NCBI RefSeq assembly: GCF_009914755.1
Contig: NC_060947.1
Source: the human T2T-CHM13v2.0 reference genome, Homo sapiens
Strand: one strand, 5' to 3'
DNA length: 64,000 bases
Shown: positions 12,601 through 25,617 of the stretch, piece after piece
How the letters are laid out: each line of letters begins with the position of its first letter
Numbering within the stretch: position 1 is the stretch's first letter
Translations under genes and position numbers: made by a program
The notes under the pieces: model-generated
The model's input: only the letters and a program-made list of their open reading frames with translations
What the model was told of the DNA's origin: nothing
The model's database searches: none

Positions 12601-13245
12601 TATGCTGAGAGGAAAGAGGTACTCTTAGCGTTCTCATACTTCAGAACCTGGTGCCCACATAGAAAGGGACAGTGAGTGCTGCCCTCTACCCTGCTGAGTA
12701 TGGGAATACTGTGACCAAAGTGAAGATTTAAAAAGATGGTTCTATCATTGATAGAACGTTATCATTGAGACCAAGCCTGGTGCTTAGGGAGAGGAGAAAA
12801 TCATTTTAAACTTGTACTGTATAAAAACTCTGGCAATAATTTGCATTTTGGTAAATAAAGGAACTAGCATTATAGCTTCTCTCTGGCCCAAATTCTGATG
12901 ATTTCTTGGCTTAGGGCTTCAATCAATCTGCAGCTGACCGACTGTAATCCTGGCCAGCACAGCTTCAAGGTCACAGTTATCATTTCTAGACTGTGGACAT
13001 TTTATTGTTGCCACTATCGATGAAAACTGCCTTTCAGTATTTGCCTAGTTCAATATTCTTTCAGCACCCTCACCCCTCACAATTTATAAACAGAATCAGC
13101 AATACCACCAATGAAAAATGAATTTACAAGGAAGCTACACCCACTGGTTACAAGCCTACAAAGTTAAAAGTAGTCACTTCGAGTTAGGTATCAAGGAAAT
13201 TTCCTTTAGAAAACCCAGTCGCCGGAGCTGCGTCCTTCTGCTTAC

Positions 13246-13417
13246 CTGCTTTATGTATTTGTTTACTGCCTAAGGGAAGTCCCAGGCAGCCAGATGCAAG
13301 AATACAAAGCTCCTTGGAAGGTGGAAGGGGCGCCCGGTGTCCTCTGAGCTGCGATCTCAATTCCGATGCTTTTCATGTGGCTGAAATAGCTCTGTGCCTC
13401 TCCCGGTATTGAGAACT
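13246..13417 (-). other. SMPX: SMPX exon 1 (non-coding 5'UTR); TSS approximate
   Basis: Ends ...CATAAAGCAG|GTAAG (donor 13245-13241). Splicing to exon 2 gives AAAGCAGGGATAAGACTGCATG, matching the SMPX mRNA leader as I recall it. Local CpG enrichment. Confidence 0.9.
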
Positions 13418-13620
13418 GCTCCTGGCTCGGGGCTGGAGGGGAACTTAAACCGTTAAGGCTAAGTGTTAAAGAGAATTCCTGTCATAGCTCACAGTTGTTC
13501 TTCCTAAATATAGAGTTTGATACAAGCCATACGCTGGCTGCCTCCGAAAGGCTTGACCGTGCGGAAAGCAGGCTCAAATGTCAGCCGGGAGGTGGCTATG
13601 GTATCTTACTTGCCCTCCTA
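13418..13620 (-). promoter_or_regulatory. SMPX: SMPX proximal promoter
   Basis: TATA-like TTTAAG at 13444-13449 (about -30), NKX2-5-like TAAGTG 13460-13465, E-box CAGTTG 13492-13497, consensus MEF2 CTAAATATAG 13504-13513, non-consensus NBRE AAATGTCA 13576-13583. Confidence 0.8.
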
Positions 13621-13897
13621 ATCTTCCAGAAGATGCTGGCTGCATTTTCTCATATATTCTGAGTGGGTATAGCAAAGTTCGAAAAGTAAGGAAAGTCTAT
13701 CTTTAGCTTTATTACCTGGATGCCAGAAGATGAGTATTCAATAAAAATTGGGGGGTGTCAGCATGGTACCATGCCTCTCAGCAGGGGTACTGACATTAAA
13801 CAGGGTTTGAATCCTAGCTTGGTCACTTGGGAGCTGTTAAAGTTACTTAATAATAAGTACTCAACAAATAGTCACCAAATGATGATAATTATCCTAG

Positions 13898-13955
13898 TAA
13901 GTTGAACTATATGACATTGCCCTTTTTGTAGGTCAAAAATGGTCCAAGATTGACA
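13898..13955. mobile_element. MADE2 mariner MITE fragment
   Basis: taagttgaactatatgacattgccctttttgtaggtcaaaaatggtc resembles MADE2. Confidence 0.6.
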
Positions 13956-15129
13956 GGCTGGTGAGGTTCCAGGGCCTACAGCCCTGCCCACTCTGCTCTA
14001 CTGCCTCTACTGGTGACAAAGATTTTGACCTTAGAGTACGTGAGACAACAGAACAAAGAAGAAATGTCTATTTTAAATATGGCAAGGGTCAGGAGCAGGT
14101 ACAAGGCAAAACATTTTTTAAACAGAAAACTTCCAAATCCTAAGATACATGCTCACTATTTTTAACACCACTTTTAATTTTTTTAACCTCTCCACTCTCT
14201 GAAATTACCTTTACCCAGAGCTGTACTTCAGTAGAAGTATTAAACAGAGTGGAGAGACTTAAAATCCATCCACTGTGGAAGTGAGCTCCATGTCTGAGTT
14301 CTTGACAGCATGGTCAAGCCACTGAACTATATTACCAGCAACCATCGCTTACCAGTCTTCTTGTTACATGAGGAAAAGAAGCAGCTCCAATTTGTAGGAG
14401 CCCTAGACATCAGGCTTCTGTTCCCTGTAGCTGAATGCATTCCAGATGGAAGTAGTTGGGCTTTTTTCAGAACTGTAGAAGGAAAACCAACTTTCTGGGA
14501 GTTTAGGAGGTCAACAGATAATTGTGGTTCATTTTAGATTGGGGTTCACCATTAACTTCTGTTTAGGTGTTGTTCAAAAGAATTGTATCTTTAAAATTCA
14601 GTTTAGACATCATCCTTTGAGATCACATGGTGCCAAAAGTGAGTTATTTATACACTGGAGAAGAGAATATAGTGAGCACCTTAATATTTCTCCAGGTTTT
14701 TGGCTACTTCTGTGTGTTCAGAGCTCTTCACCAGACAAATGATGGCATCACTCCATGGACCAACAATGAGCCATTTTTGGCCCCTTGTCCTGAAGTTAGA
14801 CCACACTTTCTGCCACAGTCCTTTTGCCCCGGTGGCCCCTCAGTAGCCACTGATGGTGTATATGTTGAGGAAACTGCTCCTGGCAGAAATGCCTTGTACA
14901 CAGGGCTGGCCCAATATGAGTGTGGCTGCCTCTGTGGGAAAAACTAAAGTGAGCTGCATAACCAGGGCTCTGTTGGTCATAAGTCACAGTAACCCAAAGG
15001 GAACCAGTTTAAGCCAAGAGGGGTGTGGCAGACAGTCAATGCCTTTCTCAGTATCACTTCTGTCCACCTGAGTTCTGTAGTTGTAGGCAGCTTCCAGTAT
15101 ACTGTCAGCTTCACACCTCTCTCTTTTTC

Positions 15130-15490
15130 TCTACACTGGGACTCTGCACATCATCCAAAAGCAGGAGACATAACTCATAAGTGCCGGGAAACAACACCCC
15201 TAGGGATAAGCCTCAACCAATGGGAATGGAAGTTGAGTGATAGATGTCCCCACTTCCTCATCCTGTGGTCGGAATATTCTGAGGTGTGATCTACAGTTTC
15301 CCAGAGGTCCCCAGCAGGACTGAGCCCCAGTTGCCCACCATGGGGATTTGCTCATTAATATACCCTTATTGGCTTTCTCTTTTCCCTCACTTCCCCCACT
15401 CCCTTGCATTCTCTGGGATCATGCCCCAAGTAGATCACCTGCAACCAAGTCCTTGTCTCAGCATTTGGAGTTGAGGCAACCCGAACTAAG
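15130..15490 (+). mobile_element. ERVL LTR16-like solo LTR
   Basis: cctcaaccaatggga...ccttgtctcag...acccgaactaaga 3' end. Confidence 0.55.
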
Positions 15491-15863
15491 AAAAAGGAAT
15501 TTATTAGGAAGGTTTCACATTGCAAGAGGAAGGGCAGGGCTGCAGGTGAACCTCATCAATAACCAGAACCAAGAACTCAGACCTCACTAGAGAGTGATGA
15601 ATCTATTTCTGCAACTGCAATTTTAAAGACCTCAGGACTCTGGTTGCCCCAGCCTGAGTCAATACCGCACTCCTGGTTAGCGACAAGGTTACCGAGCACA
15701 GAGGAGGCCATTGGGGTACATACCTGTGCATTACGTCCTTCCCAGAAAGGGGAATAGTTCTGAGCTGAGCAGCTCTCCCAGTTGGGTCTCCAAGAGGCAC
15801 CAAGAAGCCAAGTGCTTTTCCTTGACTTCTTGCAATAGCCTGAAATGTGTACTCCTATTGTCA

Positions 15864-16496
<633 letters not shown>

Positions 16497-16829
16497 TTAA
16501 GTCATTCCTACCTGCATGCCTTCATCCCTCCTCCACTATGGTCAAAGAGCAGGATATCTAACAACATCTTACATCTATGCAACCCTTGCTCAGTTGCAAT
16601 GTGCTTTCATTTGTATTATTTTATTTAGTCCTCCCAACAGCCCTGTGGGTTCAGTGGCATTCTTCCAGTTTTATCGATCAGTAAGCCAAGGCTCAGACTA
16701 TCATTTCAGAGCCAGTTATCCCCAGCTTTTGACTCTCAAAGTTAGTGCTCTTTCCTGTTATACCACAGTGCCCTCAAGGAACCACACTCATCTGTATGCC
16801 CCACATAAGCACATACAAATATGGTAACA

Positions 16830-17340
16830 GGATGCATCTGCTTGCAAGTTAACAGAAAACCTAACTAGCAGTGGCTCAATCAACAGTCATTTGATCATCT
16901 CACAAACCTAGGAACTTAAAGGAAGGTAGTTATGGGCTGGTTCGGAAATTCTACGAAGTCAAAAACTCTCAGGCTCTTCCCAGATCCTCTTTGGGAAGGA
17001 GGATCTACTCTGCCACTCTCAACAAGTCAGCTTTTCATCCTCATGCTTCTTAACTTATGTTCCCAAGATGGCTGCCACAGCTCCAAGTATTAGGACATTT
17101 TACGAGCATCCAAACAAGAAGGAATAGCAGTGATGGTGGGAAAAGGGGCTTTTCTTCTCAAGGAGGAAACTCTTTCCCAGAAGCCCCAAGCTGACTTCCC
17201 CTCACATCTCTTTGGCTGGAACTGGGTCTCGTGGCTGCAAAGGAGGCTGAGAAAAGAAATAAATGGCAGCAGGTGAATGGAATAGAAATGATTAGCTAAG
17301 ATCAAATGTCCCATATAAAATTGGGATGCTCTTAGCAATG
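16830..17340. mobile_element. MaLR MLT1(J/K)-like LTR
   Basis: taacagaaaacctaactagcagtggctcaa...caagatggctgccacagctcca...cccagaagcccc...ggctgcaaaggaggctgag. Confidence 0.55.
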
Positions 17341-18149
17341 AAGAAGAAAGGAAACAGCAGTGACACAGACAAAACGTGCACACACATACAGAGCTTTAAT
17401 GGAAAATGTGCTTCCAAACACATAATCTCATTTAATTCTCACCACCTTATGAAGCAGGTATTGTTTGTTTATCTCCACTTTATAAATGACAAAACACACT
17501 GGAAAAGGTCAAGTCATATGCCTAGGAAGTGGCTGAGTCAAAACTCTAATCTAGGTCTGCAGGCTCCAAATTCCATGTGTTTCCCCTATTCTTCCATGCA
17601 CAAACCAACAGGAGGAGCCAGGCTGCTCATACCATTGTCCCATCTGTGAATGCCCTCTTGGCATGTGCCCTAAATTACATGCTTCTTTTGGGTTCGTCTT
17701 TGCTTGGTTCTACTCGATCTTAGGCCTGCCTACAGTTTGGGCAAAGAGTAAAATAAACCATGTTACAGAATTTTGTAAGTGAATTAATAGATAACTCTTT
17801 GTACCATTACGTATAAACATGTAACCTCCAAAAAACATTATAGGCTGACAAAGAGAAGAAAAAATAACAGATGAAGAATGGTTAGCTAGGAAGAAAAAAT
17901 TATGAAAAAGAAACTAGCTATGATCTAATGAAAACACTTTTCCCATAATATTTACTTCTATATTCAATTTTAATTTTTAACAGCATGACTGTGATCAAAT
18001 CAATGTCTGTTTTTAATCCAGGACAGCAGGTGACAAGGTTTGTCCCCTGGGATGCATGCTGCATGATGACATCCCTCCTTCCCCAGCAGATGCTGGCACC
18101 TTTAAAAAGACTGATGTGCAAGGTAGGAAAAAAAATTGTTGTCATTATC

Positions 18150-18800
18150 TTTAAAGAAATTGATACTCTTATGCATTAATAATGGAAGCATAAACTCACA
18201 CAACTACTTTGGAGGATAATTTCTCAATATTTTATGAAGCTAAAACTGTGCATATCTTTTGGCCAGTTTCATGATTTGGCCAATATTTGTAATTTTTGGC
18301 AAGTGTGTATAAGAAGACAGATAGCAGAATGTTCATTGCAGTATTGCTTATAATAGTGAAAAATCTGAAAACAATCTAAATGCCTATCAACAGAGAATAA
18401 TGACTTATTCATTTGATTGAATCCAAATAATCAAAAGAATGAGCCAGAGCAACATGTATCAAAAAAGATACATTTATATATTTCAAAATCAAACTGAATT
18501 TAAAACACACACATACACACACACACTGAATTTGAAAAGAGTTAACAATGTAAAAACTTGCAAGCAAGTAAGCACAATATTTTAAAAGTGATCATCTCTG
18601 GGAAAGAAGAGGGAGCAAGGGGATTTCATAAATAACTTTAATAGTTTCCATTATATCTAATATCCTTAAAATAATTTCAACTAAGGCAAAATATTAGACT
18701 TTGAAAGGACTGGGTTGTGAGTATATGGGTGCCATTTTGTTGTTTTGTGTGTAATTTTCTGTATGTTTGAAGTATTTCATCACAAAAATGTAATCAAGGA
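18150..18800 (+). mobile_element. Ancient L1ME-type 3' fragment
   Basis: gaatgttcattgcagtattgcttataatagtgaaaaa...aaatgcctatcaacag; 3' end tctgtatgtttgaagtatttcat. Confidence 0.55.
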
Positions 18801-19839
18801 TTTTAGTTGTCAAAAAAACAAAAAAGACTGATGTGTAAGTGTGGCCCACCCTGTCCACCTCACCCCCACCTGGCCCACAGCTTCGCTTGGCCAATCCAGA
18901 TCTCCAGCTTTGGCAGAAAGTAATTCAAAATTTCCCATAACATCTATCAGAGTAAAGCCAAAATTTCATAGGGCATAATCAGTTGATAACAATAAAAATG
19001 AAACACATCGCAATATTGGTAAGACCCAACTAATGAGATAGATGCTTTCTGACTGAGGAATTTGTTGCAGTTCTCTATATTATAGCATCAGGTAATGGCA
19101 CTACCCACCCTCCCAAGGCCAGTAGCTTTTAGGAACAAGAAAGTTAGAGAGGATATGGATTTCAGTAAATTTACTATCAGAGAAAATACAGGTGATTAAA
19201 ATATGATCATTAGAATGATACCAACCAAGGATAATTTTATCCTTCTTTTTTTACCAATATTGTTGCTTCCTGTTTTTCTCTCACCCATGCCTAAATCCCC
19301 ATTTCTCTATGCAATATTACCACCTTGAATCAATTATAACTGCAGTGGGCCCTTTGTATTAGGCATGATGTACATGTGGTATTATAGATTATAAATGGTT
19401 TGTCATTGTCACTGAAGGCACGTTGCCCAATAGTTCTACAACCAGATGATTTATTTTTATGTGTTCTGGCATTAACTATGATTGGAGCTAAATAATATGA
19501 CTCAACTGTCTCCTAGGCACCATAATTTTGTGGCACCTGTACGAGTCACTTTAAAGGTGTGTCTCCAAGTGGGTGATTCACTATCCCTTCATGAGCCAAA
19601 TGGCAGGACTTCCACTCTCCTTCCTTATATCTCGCTAGGGGTCCCCACAGAGAGATGTATCTCATAGATCATCCACAGTACTGCTCTGCTGTTCCACATC
19701 CCCTTAGTGCCCAGTGCCTCAGAAGCCACCTCTCTCATTATCACTGCATAGAAGGATTTGTTATGGTCTCTGGGACCTAGCTTCTTACTTATTCTTTGGC
19801 ATGTGAGGAGGTACCTTCTCCATCTTAAGACTCAATGCT

Positions 19840-21725
19840 TTTTAAAAAAATAAAATGTGCATACTAAAAAAATCACCCTTAGAAAGCATAAAGTATGCAG
19901 TTCAGTGGTTTTTAGTACATTCACAAAGTTGTGCATTGATCACCACTATCTAATTCTAGAATATTTTCATCATCCCTGAAAGAATCCCCATACCCATTAG
20001 TACTCCCCATTTCCTCCTTCCCCTGGCAACAACTCATCTGCATTCTCTTTATGGATTTGCCTGTTCTGGACATTTCATATAAATGGAATCATACAATATG
20101 TGGCCTTTTGTGTTTGGCTTCTTTCATTTAGCATAATATTTTCAAGGTTCATCCATGTGGTAGTATGTATCAGGATTACATTCCCTTTCATGGCTGAATA
20201 ATAGTTTATTGTGTGGTATGCTACATTCTGTTTATCCATTCATCAGTTGAGAGATATTTGGGTTGTATCTACTTTTTGGCAAATATGAATAGTGCTGCTA
20301 TGAACATTCATGTACAAGTTTTTCTGTGAACATGTTTTCAGTTCTTTTAGGTAAATGCCTGGGAGTAGAATTGCTGGGTAATATGGTAACTGTTTAATCT
20401 TTTTAGGAACTACCAGAACCTTTTCTAAAGCAGCTGCATCATTTTACATTCCTACCAGCAGTGTATGAGGGTTCTATACTTCTCTATATCCTTATCAACA
20501 CTTGCTATTGTCCGTCTTTTTTGTTATAGCCACCCAGTAGGCATAAAGTGCTATCTAATTGTGGTTTTCAGATATATTTATCTGATAACTAATGATATCA
20601 AGCATATTTTCATGTGCTTATTGTCTGATGGGATATCTTCTTTGGAGAAGTGTCTATTCAGGTCATTTTCTGAAATATTTGGCTATTTGTCATTTTGATT
20701 ATTGAGTTGTAAGCATTCTTCATTTAGTCTGGATACAAGTCCTTATCAGATATATGATTTGCAAATATTTTCTCCAGTTTCCTGGTGTATTAGTCTGTTC
20801 TCACGCTGCTAATAAAGACACACTCTAGACTGGGTAATTTATAAAGGAAAGAGGTTTAATTGACTCACAGTTCCATGTGGCTGGGGAGGCCTCACGATCA
20901 TGGCAGAAGGCAAATGAGGAGCAAAGTCACTTACGTGGCGGCAGGCAGGAGAGTGCGTGCAGGAGAACTTCCCTTTATAAAACCATCACATCTCGTGAGA
21001 CTTATTCACTATCATGAGAATAGCACAGGAAAGACCTGCCTCCCACCAGGTCCCTCCCATGACACATGGGAATTATGGAAGCTACAATTCAAGATGAGAT
21101 TTGGGTGAGAACACAGCCAAACCGTATCACCTGGGTTGTCTTTCACTTTCTTGATGGTGACCTTTGAAGTGCAAAAGCTTTTTAAAGTTTAAATAATAAC
21201 TAAATAAAATTTATTTTTTCTTGGGTTGCTTGTTCTTTTGGTGTCACAGCTAAGAAACCATTGCCTAATCCAAGGTCACAAAGAATTGCACCAATGTGTT
21301 TTCTAAGAGTTTTATAATTCTAGCTCCTACATTTAGATTTTTGATCTATTTTTAGTTAATTTCTCTATGTGGTCTAAGGTAAAGGCACAGCTTTGTTCTT
21401 CTAAATGTGGATATCCAGTTGTCCCAGCACCACTTGTTGAAAATACTATTCTTTTGTCATTGAATTATATTAGCACTCTTTGGAAAATCAATTGACCATA
21501 AATGTAAATATTTATTTTTAAACTCTCAAGCCTATTCTGTCAATCCAGATATTTATCTTTATGCCAGTACCATACCATTTTGATGACTGTAGCTTTGTCA
21601 TAAGTTGTGAAATCAGGAAGTGTGAGTCCTCCAAAAATTTTTTTCTTGTTCAAGCTTGTTTGGCTATTCTAGGTCTCTTGCATTTCCATATGAATTTTAG
21701 GATCAGTTTATGTATTTCAGCAAAA
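19840..21725 (-). mobile_element. L1MB-type fragment, interrupted by a THE1 LTR
   Basis: Reverse L1 3' region: gacatttcatataaatggaatcatacaatatg; gatatccagttgtcccagcac. Confidence 0.85.
20786..21129 (-). mobile_element. THE1 (MaLR) solo LTR
   Basis: TG...CA termini with an exact 5-bp TSD CCTGG (20781-20785 and 21130-21134). Confidence 0.9.
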
Positions 21726-22644
21726 AGAAAAAGAAAGAAAGAAAGGTGTTGGTAGTGGAGATAAAGAGATGAACAGAGTTCATCAAAATGTATTTTAGTA
21801 ATAGAGTCAAAATATCCTTGCTAATGAATGGGATATGGTAGGACGGAAAAGAAGAATGGTGGGTGTCTTAAATTTCAGGCTTGGATAATGAGATTTAAAG
21901 GAATTAGGTACATTAGGGGAGGAGTGGACGTACCAATGACAATCCGAAACACAACTTAAGTTCTTGACATTGGGCCTGGCACATAGTGAGCTCTCAAGGT
22001 GGAGCATGAAGACATAAAAAAGTCATTGTTGATCTCTGAGAGAAGAGTTTCAATAGATTGTGGGGCTGCTCAAAAAGCAGGTCACTGCAGGTTGTGGTGT
22101 GAATGAAGGGTTGAGGCAGCAAGTGGATTCATCTCTCCTCAGACCCCTGACTGGGAATTAAAAAGGACAATAGCTGGGTTTGAAGATATACAAAATGGAG
22201 AGAAAGTTTTTTGGCTGTATTTTATTTAAATCTGAGCAATATTTACCTATGTTTATAAGCCAAGGTGAAGAGGATGATAAAGGCCAAGAGGAAGTCATTG
22301 AAGAGCGAGGCCCAGAGGAGGGAATGAAATCCAGCCTCCAGAGGCAGGAAGATAGCTTATTTCCTCTGAGAAGGAGCTGAAGTAGAAGGCTGATACCAAA
22401 ATGTTTGTAAGAGGGTCTGTGGGGCTGACGGAGGAGGAACAGGGAGAATGGAGGTCTCCTGATGGCCTGCCTCAACTTTCTAAGGGTCTTGAAGAGGAAA
22501 CCAAGTATAGGGAATAGAGAGACACCAAAAGGATTGCCCAGCAGTGGTTGACAGTCCAGCTGAGGGTGGAAGCCTTGCTACCTTGGAGATAGCTATTCTA
22601 TCAGCATGGTGACTGCTTTGCTGAGGCACTGGTTCTAAAGAACA

Positions 22645-23075
22645 CGTCTTCAGTTGGATTCCCCAGAAGCAGATCTTGAAATGAGGATTTATGTGTTAAG
22701 TGATTTATTTTAAGAGTATTTCCAGGAAAAACCAGGAAACAAGGGTGCGATCTCAAGTCCCACAGAGGATATCTTCTGTCTGATCCCACAGCTCTGGAGT
22801 ATAAATTATGCCATAAAGTTGTCCCAACCCAAGCAAAGGAGTGGAAGCTACCATACTCCTGTACCCATTAGTCATTGGTTGAGTGCTGCCCAGGGGAATA
22901 AATTCCCAGAGCTTCTGGCTCTCCTTACCAGTTGGAAAGATAGCTCCAGAAGCCCTAGGCCAAACCTCCAAAAGAGAGCTAAGGTATTAGAAGCAAATGC
23001 ACACTGAAGCCAGGAACAGATCACAAACAGGGGAAGAAGATCTGGGCAGGTTACAATCATTATCTGCCCCAGCAC
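22645..23075 (-). mobile_element. ERVL LTR16/LTR33-like LTR
   Basis: gtcttcagttggattccccagaagcagatcttgaaatgaggattt...gtgatttatt, the reverse of this family's 3' end. Confidence 0.5.
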
Positions 23076-23633
23076 AGCTGTCCATTACGGCATATGGGCC
23101 TCAGCAAAGTTGTTCTTAACTACAATGACATCTCATTTTGAAAAAGCCCAACTTATTTCTATCAGTCTTCCAAAGTTATATCATTGCAATGTTGAGATCT
23201 GTTTCTTATTGGTCATTTTCTAATGAGTGTTGAAATGGACAATTTTTGCAGGGTTTAGGCATCCTATAAATATATTTAGAGTTACATTTTCCTGCTTTGT
23301 TAGTTGCGACCTCTATAATCTGGCTCTTTTTCAAAATGAGGTAATTCTATTCTCTTTGGTGACACATGGTAGGGGTAAGGGGGGATCCTCCTCCAGGGAC
23401 TGAAGCAGTAACAGTAGCTACCCTGGCACATGTACCAGAGATCTGGAATGTCACAGAAACATCACTGCAGTCTATGTGCCCTTCAACAAGATTTTTACCC
23501 AACTGGAATTTTACCTAAGGTCAGGATATGTAAGACTGGAGAGAATCATAATGACACCACACACCATGCAGGGCAATTTCCCCAGTGTCCTTTCCCTCCT
23601 ACCCTGCAAAGGCTTTAAAAAATAACTAGATCT

Positions 23634-23942
23634 GGCCAGGCACAGTGGCTCACGCCTGTATTTCCAGCACTTTGGGAGGCCTAGGCAGGCAGATCACCTG
23701 AGGTCAGGAATTCAAGACCAGCCTAGCCAACATGGTGAAACCCCGTCTCTACTAAAAATACAAAAATTAATCAGGCGTGGTGGTGGGCACCGGTAATCCC
23801 AGCTACTCAGGAGGCTGAGGTAGGAGAATCACTTGAACCCGGGAGGCAGTTAGCTGAGATCATGCACCACTGCACTCCAGCCTGGGTGACAGAGTGAGAC
23901 TCTGTCTCCAAAAACAAACAAACAAACAAACAAACAAACAAA
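23634..23942 (+). mobile_element. AluS with (CAAA)n tail
   Basis: Dimer; TSD core TAGATCT on both sides. Confidence 0.95.
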
Positions 23943-24039
23943 TAGATCTGTGAACACAAATGAGACAATAAACCTGTAAACAACTGGGTCCTCATAGAGG
24001 AAAAAAAATGAATAAAACCTGAACTTAAAGCGTATCACA

Positions 24040-25075
24040 GAGACAATGCAGTGAATCCAGCACATGGCCCCTCTTCCTGGCACCCAGGGCACTATACTTT
24101 CCAGGCTCACTCTCAGTTGGATTGGGGACATGTGATTGAGTTCTAACCAATAAGATGCCAGCCTAATTACTGAAAGCCAATGCTACTCAAAGTGTGGTCC
24201 ATGCACCAGTGCCCATTTGCAAACTGTTACCAGTTTGCAATGAACTAAATACAGAAATTTAAAAGTAAGCAATTAGGTACTTTTACAGCTATTTGATATT
24301 GCCACTACGTTCAAGCACCATTCCCTTTTCTAGTAATTAATTTTTGTTGCATTTTACAAAAGTATAGGTCTGTGATGAATTTAAAATGTTTTAAAATTTG
24401 GTCCTTGAATTGTTTAAGAAGCACTGCTTGTAAGCCATTCCAGGCCCAGCCCTTAAAAACATACTGTGCGATCCAGAACTTTCTTCCCCATCTGCAGCAA
24501 CTTAGCAGCCATTGGTCCTAGATGTCATAGCTACAAGATGGTAAAGGATCACCCAAACCACATGAGACTCCAACATGAGTGGGAAATAAAATTTTACTCT
24601 AAAAAGCCACCGAAATTTTGGTTTACTAACTGAGGCACAGCCTAGGATTATTTGACTTATACATGGAATTATTGCCCTTATTCTGGGAGCTGGATCAGCT
24701 GGGGCTGGAGGATCCACTTCAAAGATGGCTGCTTCACTCATGTCTGGCACCCCTTGGCAGGGGTGGCTGGAAGGCTGGGCTTGGCTGGGACTATCAACCA
24801 GAGTGCCTACATGTGGCTTTTCCAGGATGGTGGCCTCAGGACTGCTGACTTCTTACATGGAAGTTCAGGGCTCTGAGAGCAAATGATGCAGTATAAAACC
24901 AGAAGCTGCATAGCCTTTTATGCTATCCTTGCAAATCACATAGCACCACCTCTGCCATACTCTATTGGTTCAAGCAGTCACAAGCCTGCACAGATTCAAG
25001 GGAAGAGGAATGGAGCGCTGTCTCTCTGGGAGATGTGTCACAAAATTTCTGGCCATGTTTTATATCCACCTCCAC
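24040..25075. mobile_element. MLT1 LTR pieces with a nested hAT-Charlie MITE (~24178-24428)
   Basis: MLT1-like text (catgtgattgagttctaaccaat; aagccaccgaaattttgg) is split by caatgctactcaaagtgtggtcc...taagaagcactg. Confidence 0.55.
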
Positions 25076-25261
25076 CGTGATTATAATTTGGGGCTCTGGT
25101 TCCAGATATCTTACATTCCTTTCAAACCATCAGACCCGGAGCCTTATCCATAGCAGGTATACGCTAAGTGTGTATTGATGATAAGGAGAGGGAGAAGACA
25201 GGAATATTGCTCCTGTTTTGAGGATAACTGAGCCCATGGTCATGGGAGTTTGAGCGTGCAA

Positions 25262-25425
25262 CAGTTTATGGATTCTAAGATGCACATTTTTCACACTTTA
25301 ACATGTCTGGAATTAACACTCATTAAAATGTATGGGCCTTGCAATGATATTTACAGTGTTTTTCTTTCTTAGGGGTACATAAGATAACTGTGTATCATCC
25401 AACCAGTAGCTTCTTAAATAAACAC
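25262..25425. mobile_element. MER104-like MITE
   Basis: gattctaagatgcacatttttcacactttaacat...tctttcttaggggtacataa. Confidence 0.6.
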
Positions 25426-25617
25426 AGGAAATGCCAGGGACTCTATAGCTACTAGATAAATCCTTCGTTAATGAGAAGCAATGAAAAGAAATTAAAGGAT
25501 ATAAAAATTCCTGCTACCTCTGAGCTCAAACTGATGAGCACCCTAAGGAGGCTAGATGGAGAACCTGCAGTCACTGCAGTCAGTGAATAATAATATCATC
25601 AAGAACCTGAAAGGGCA

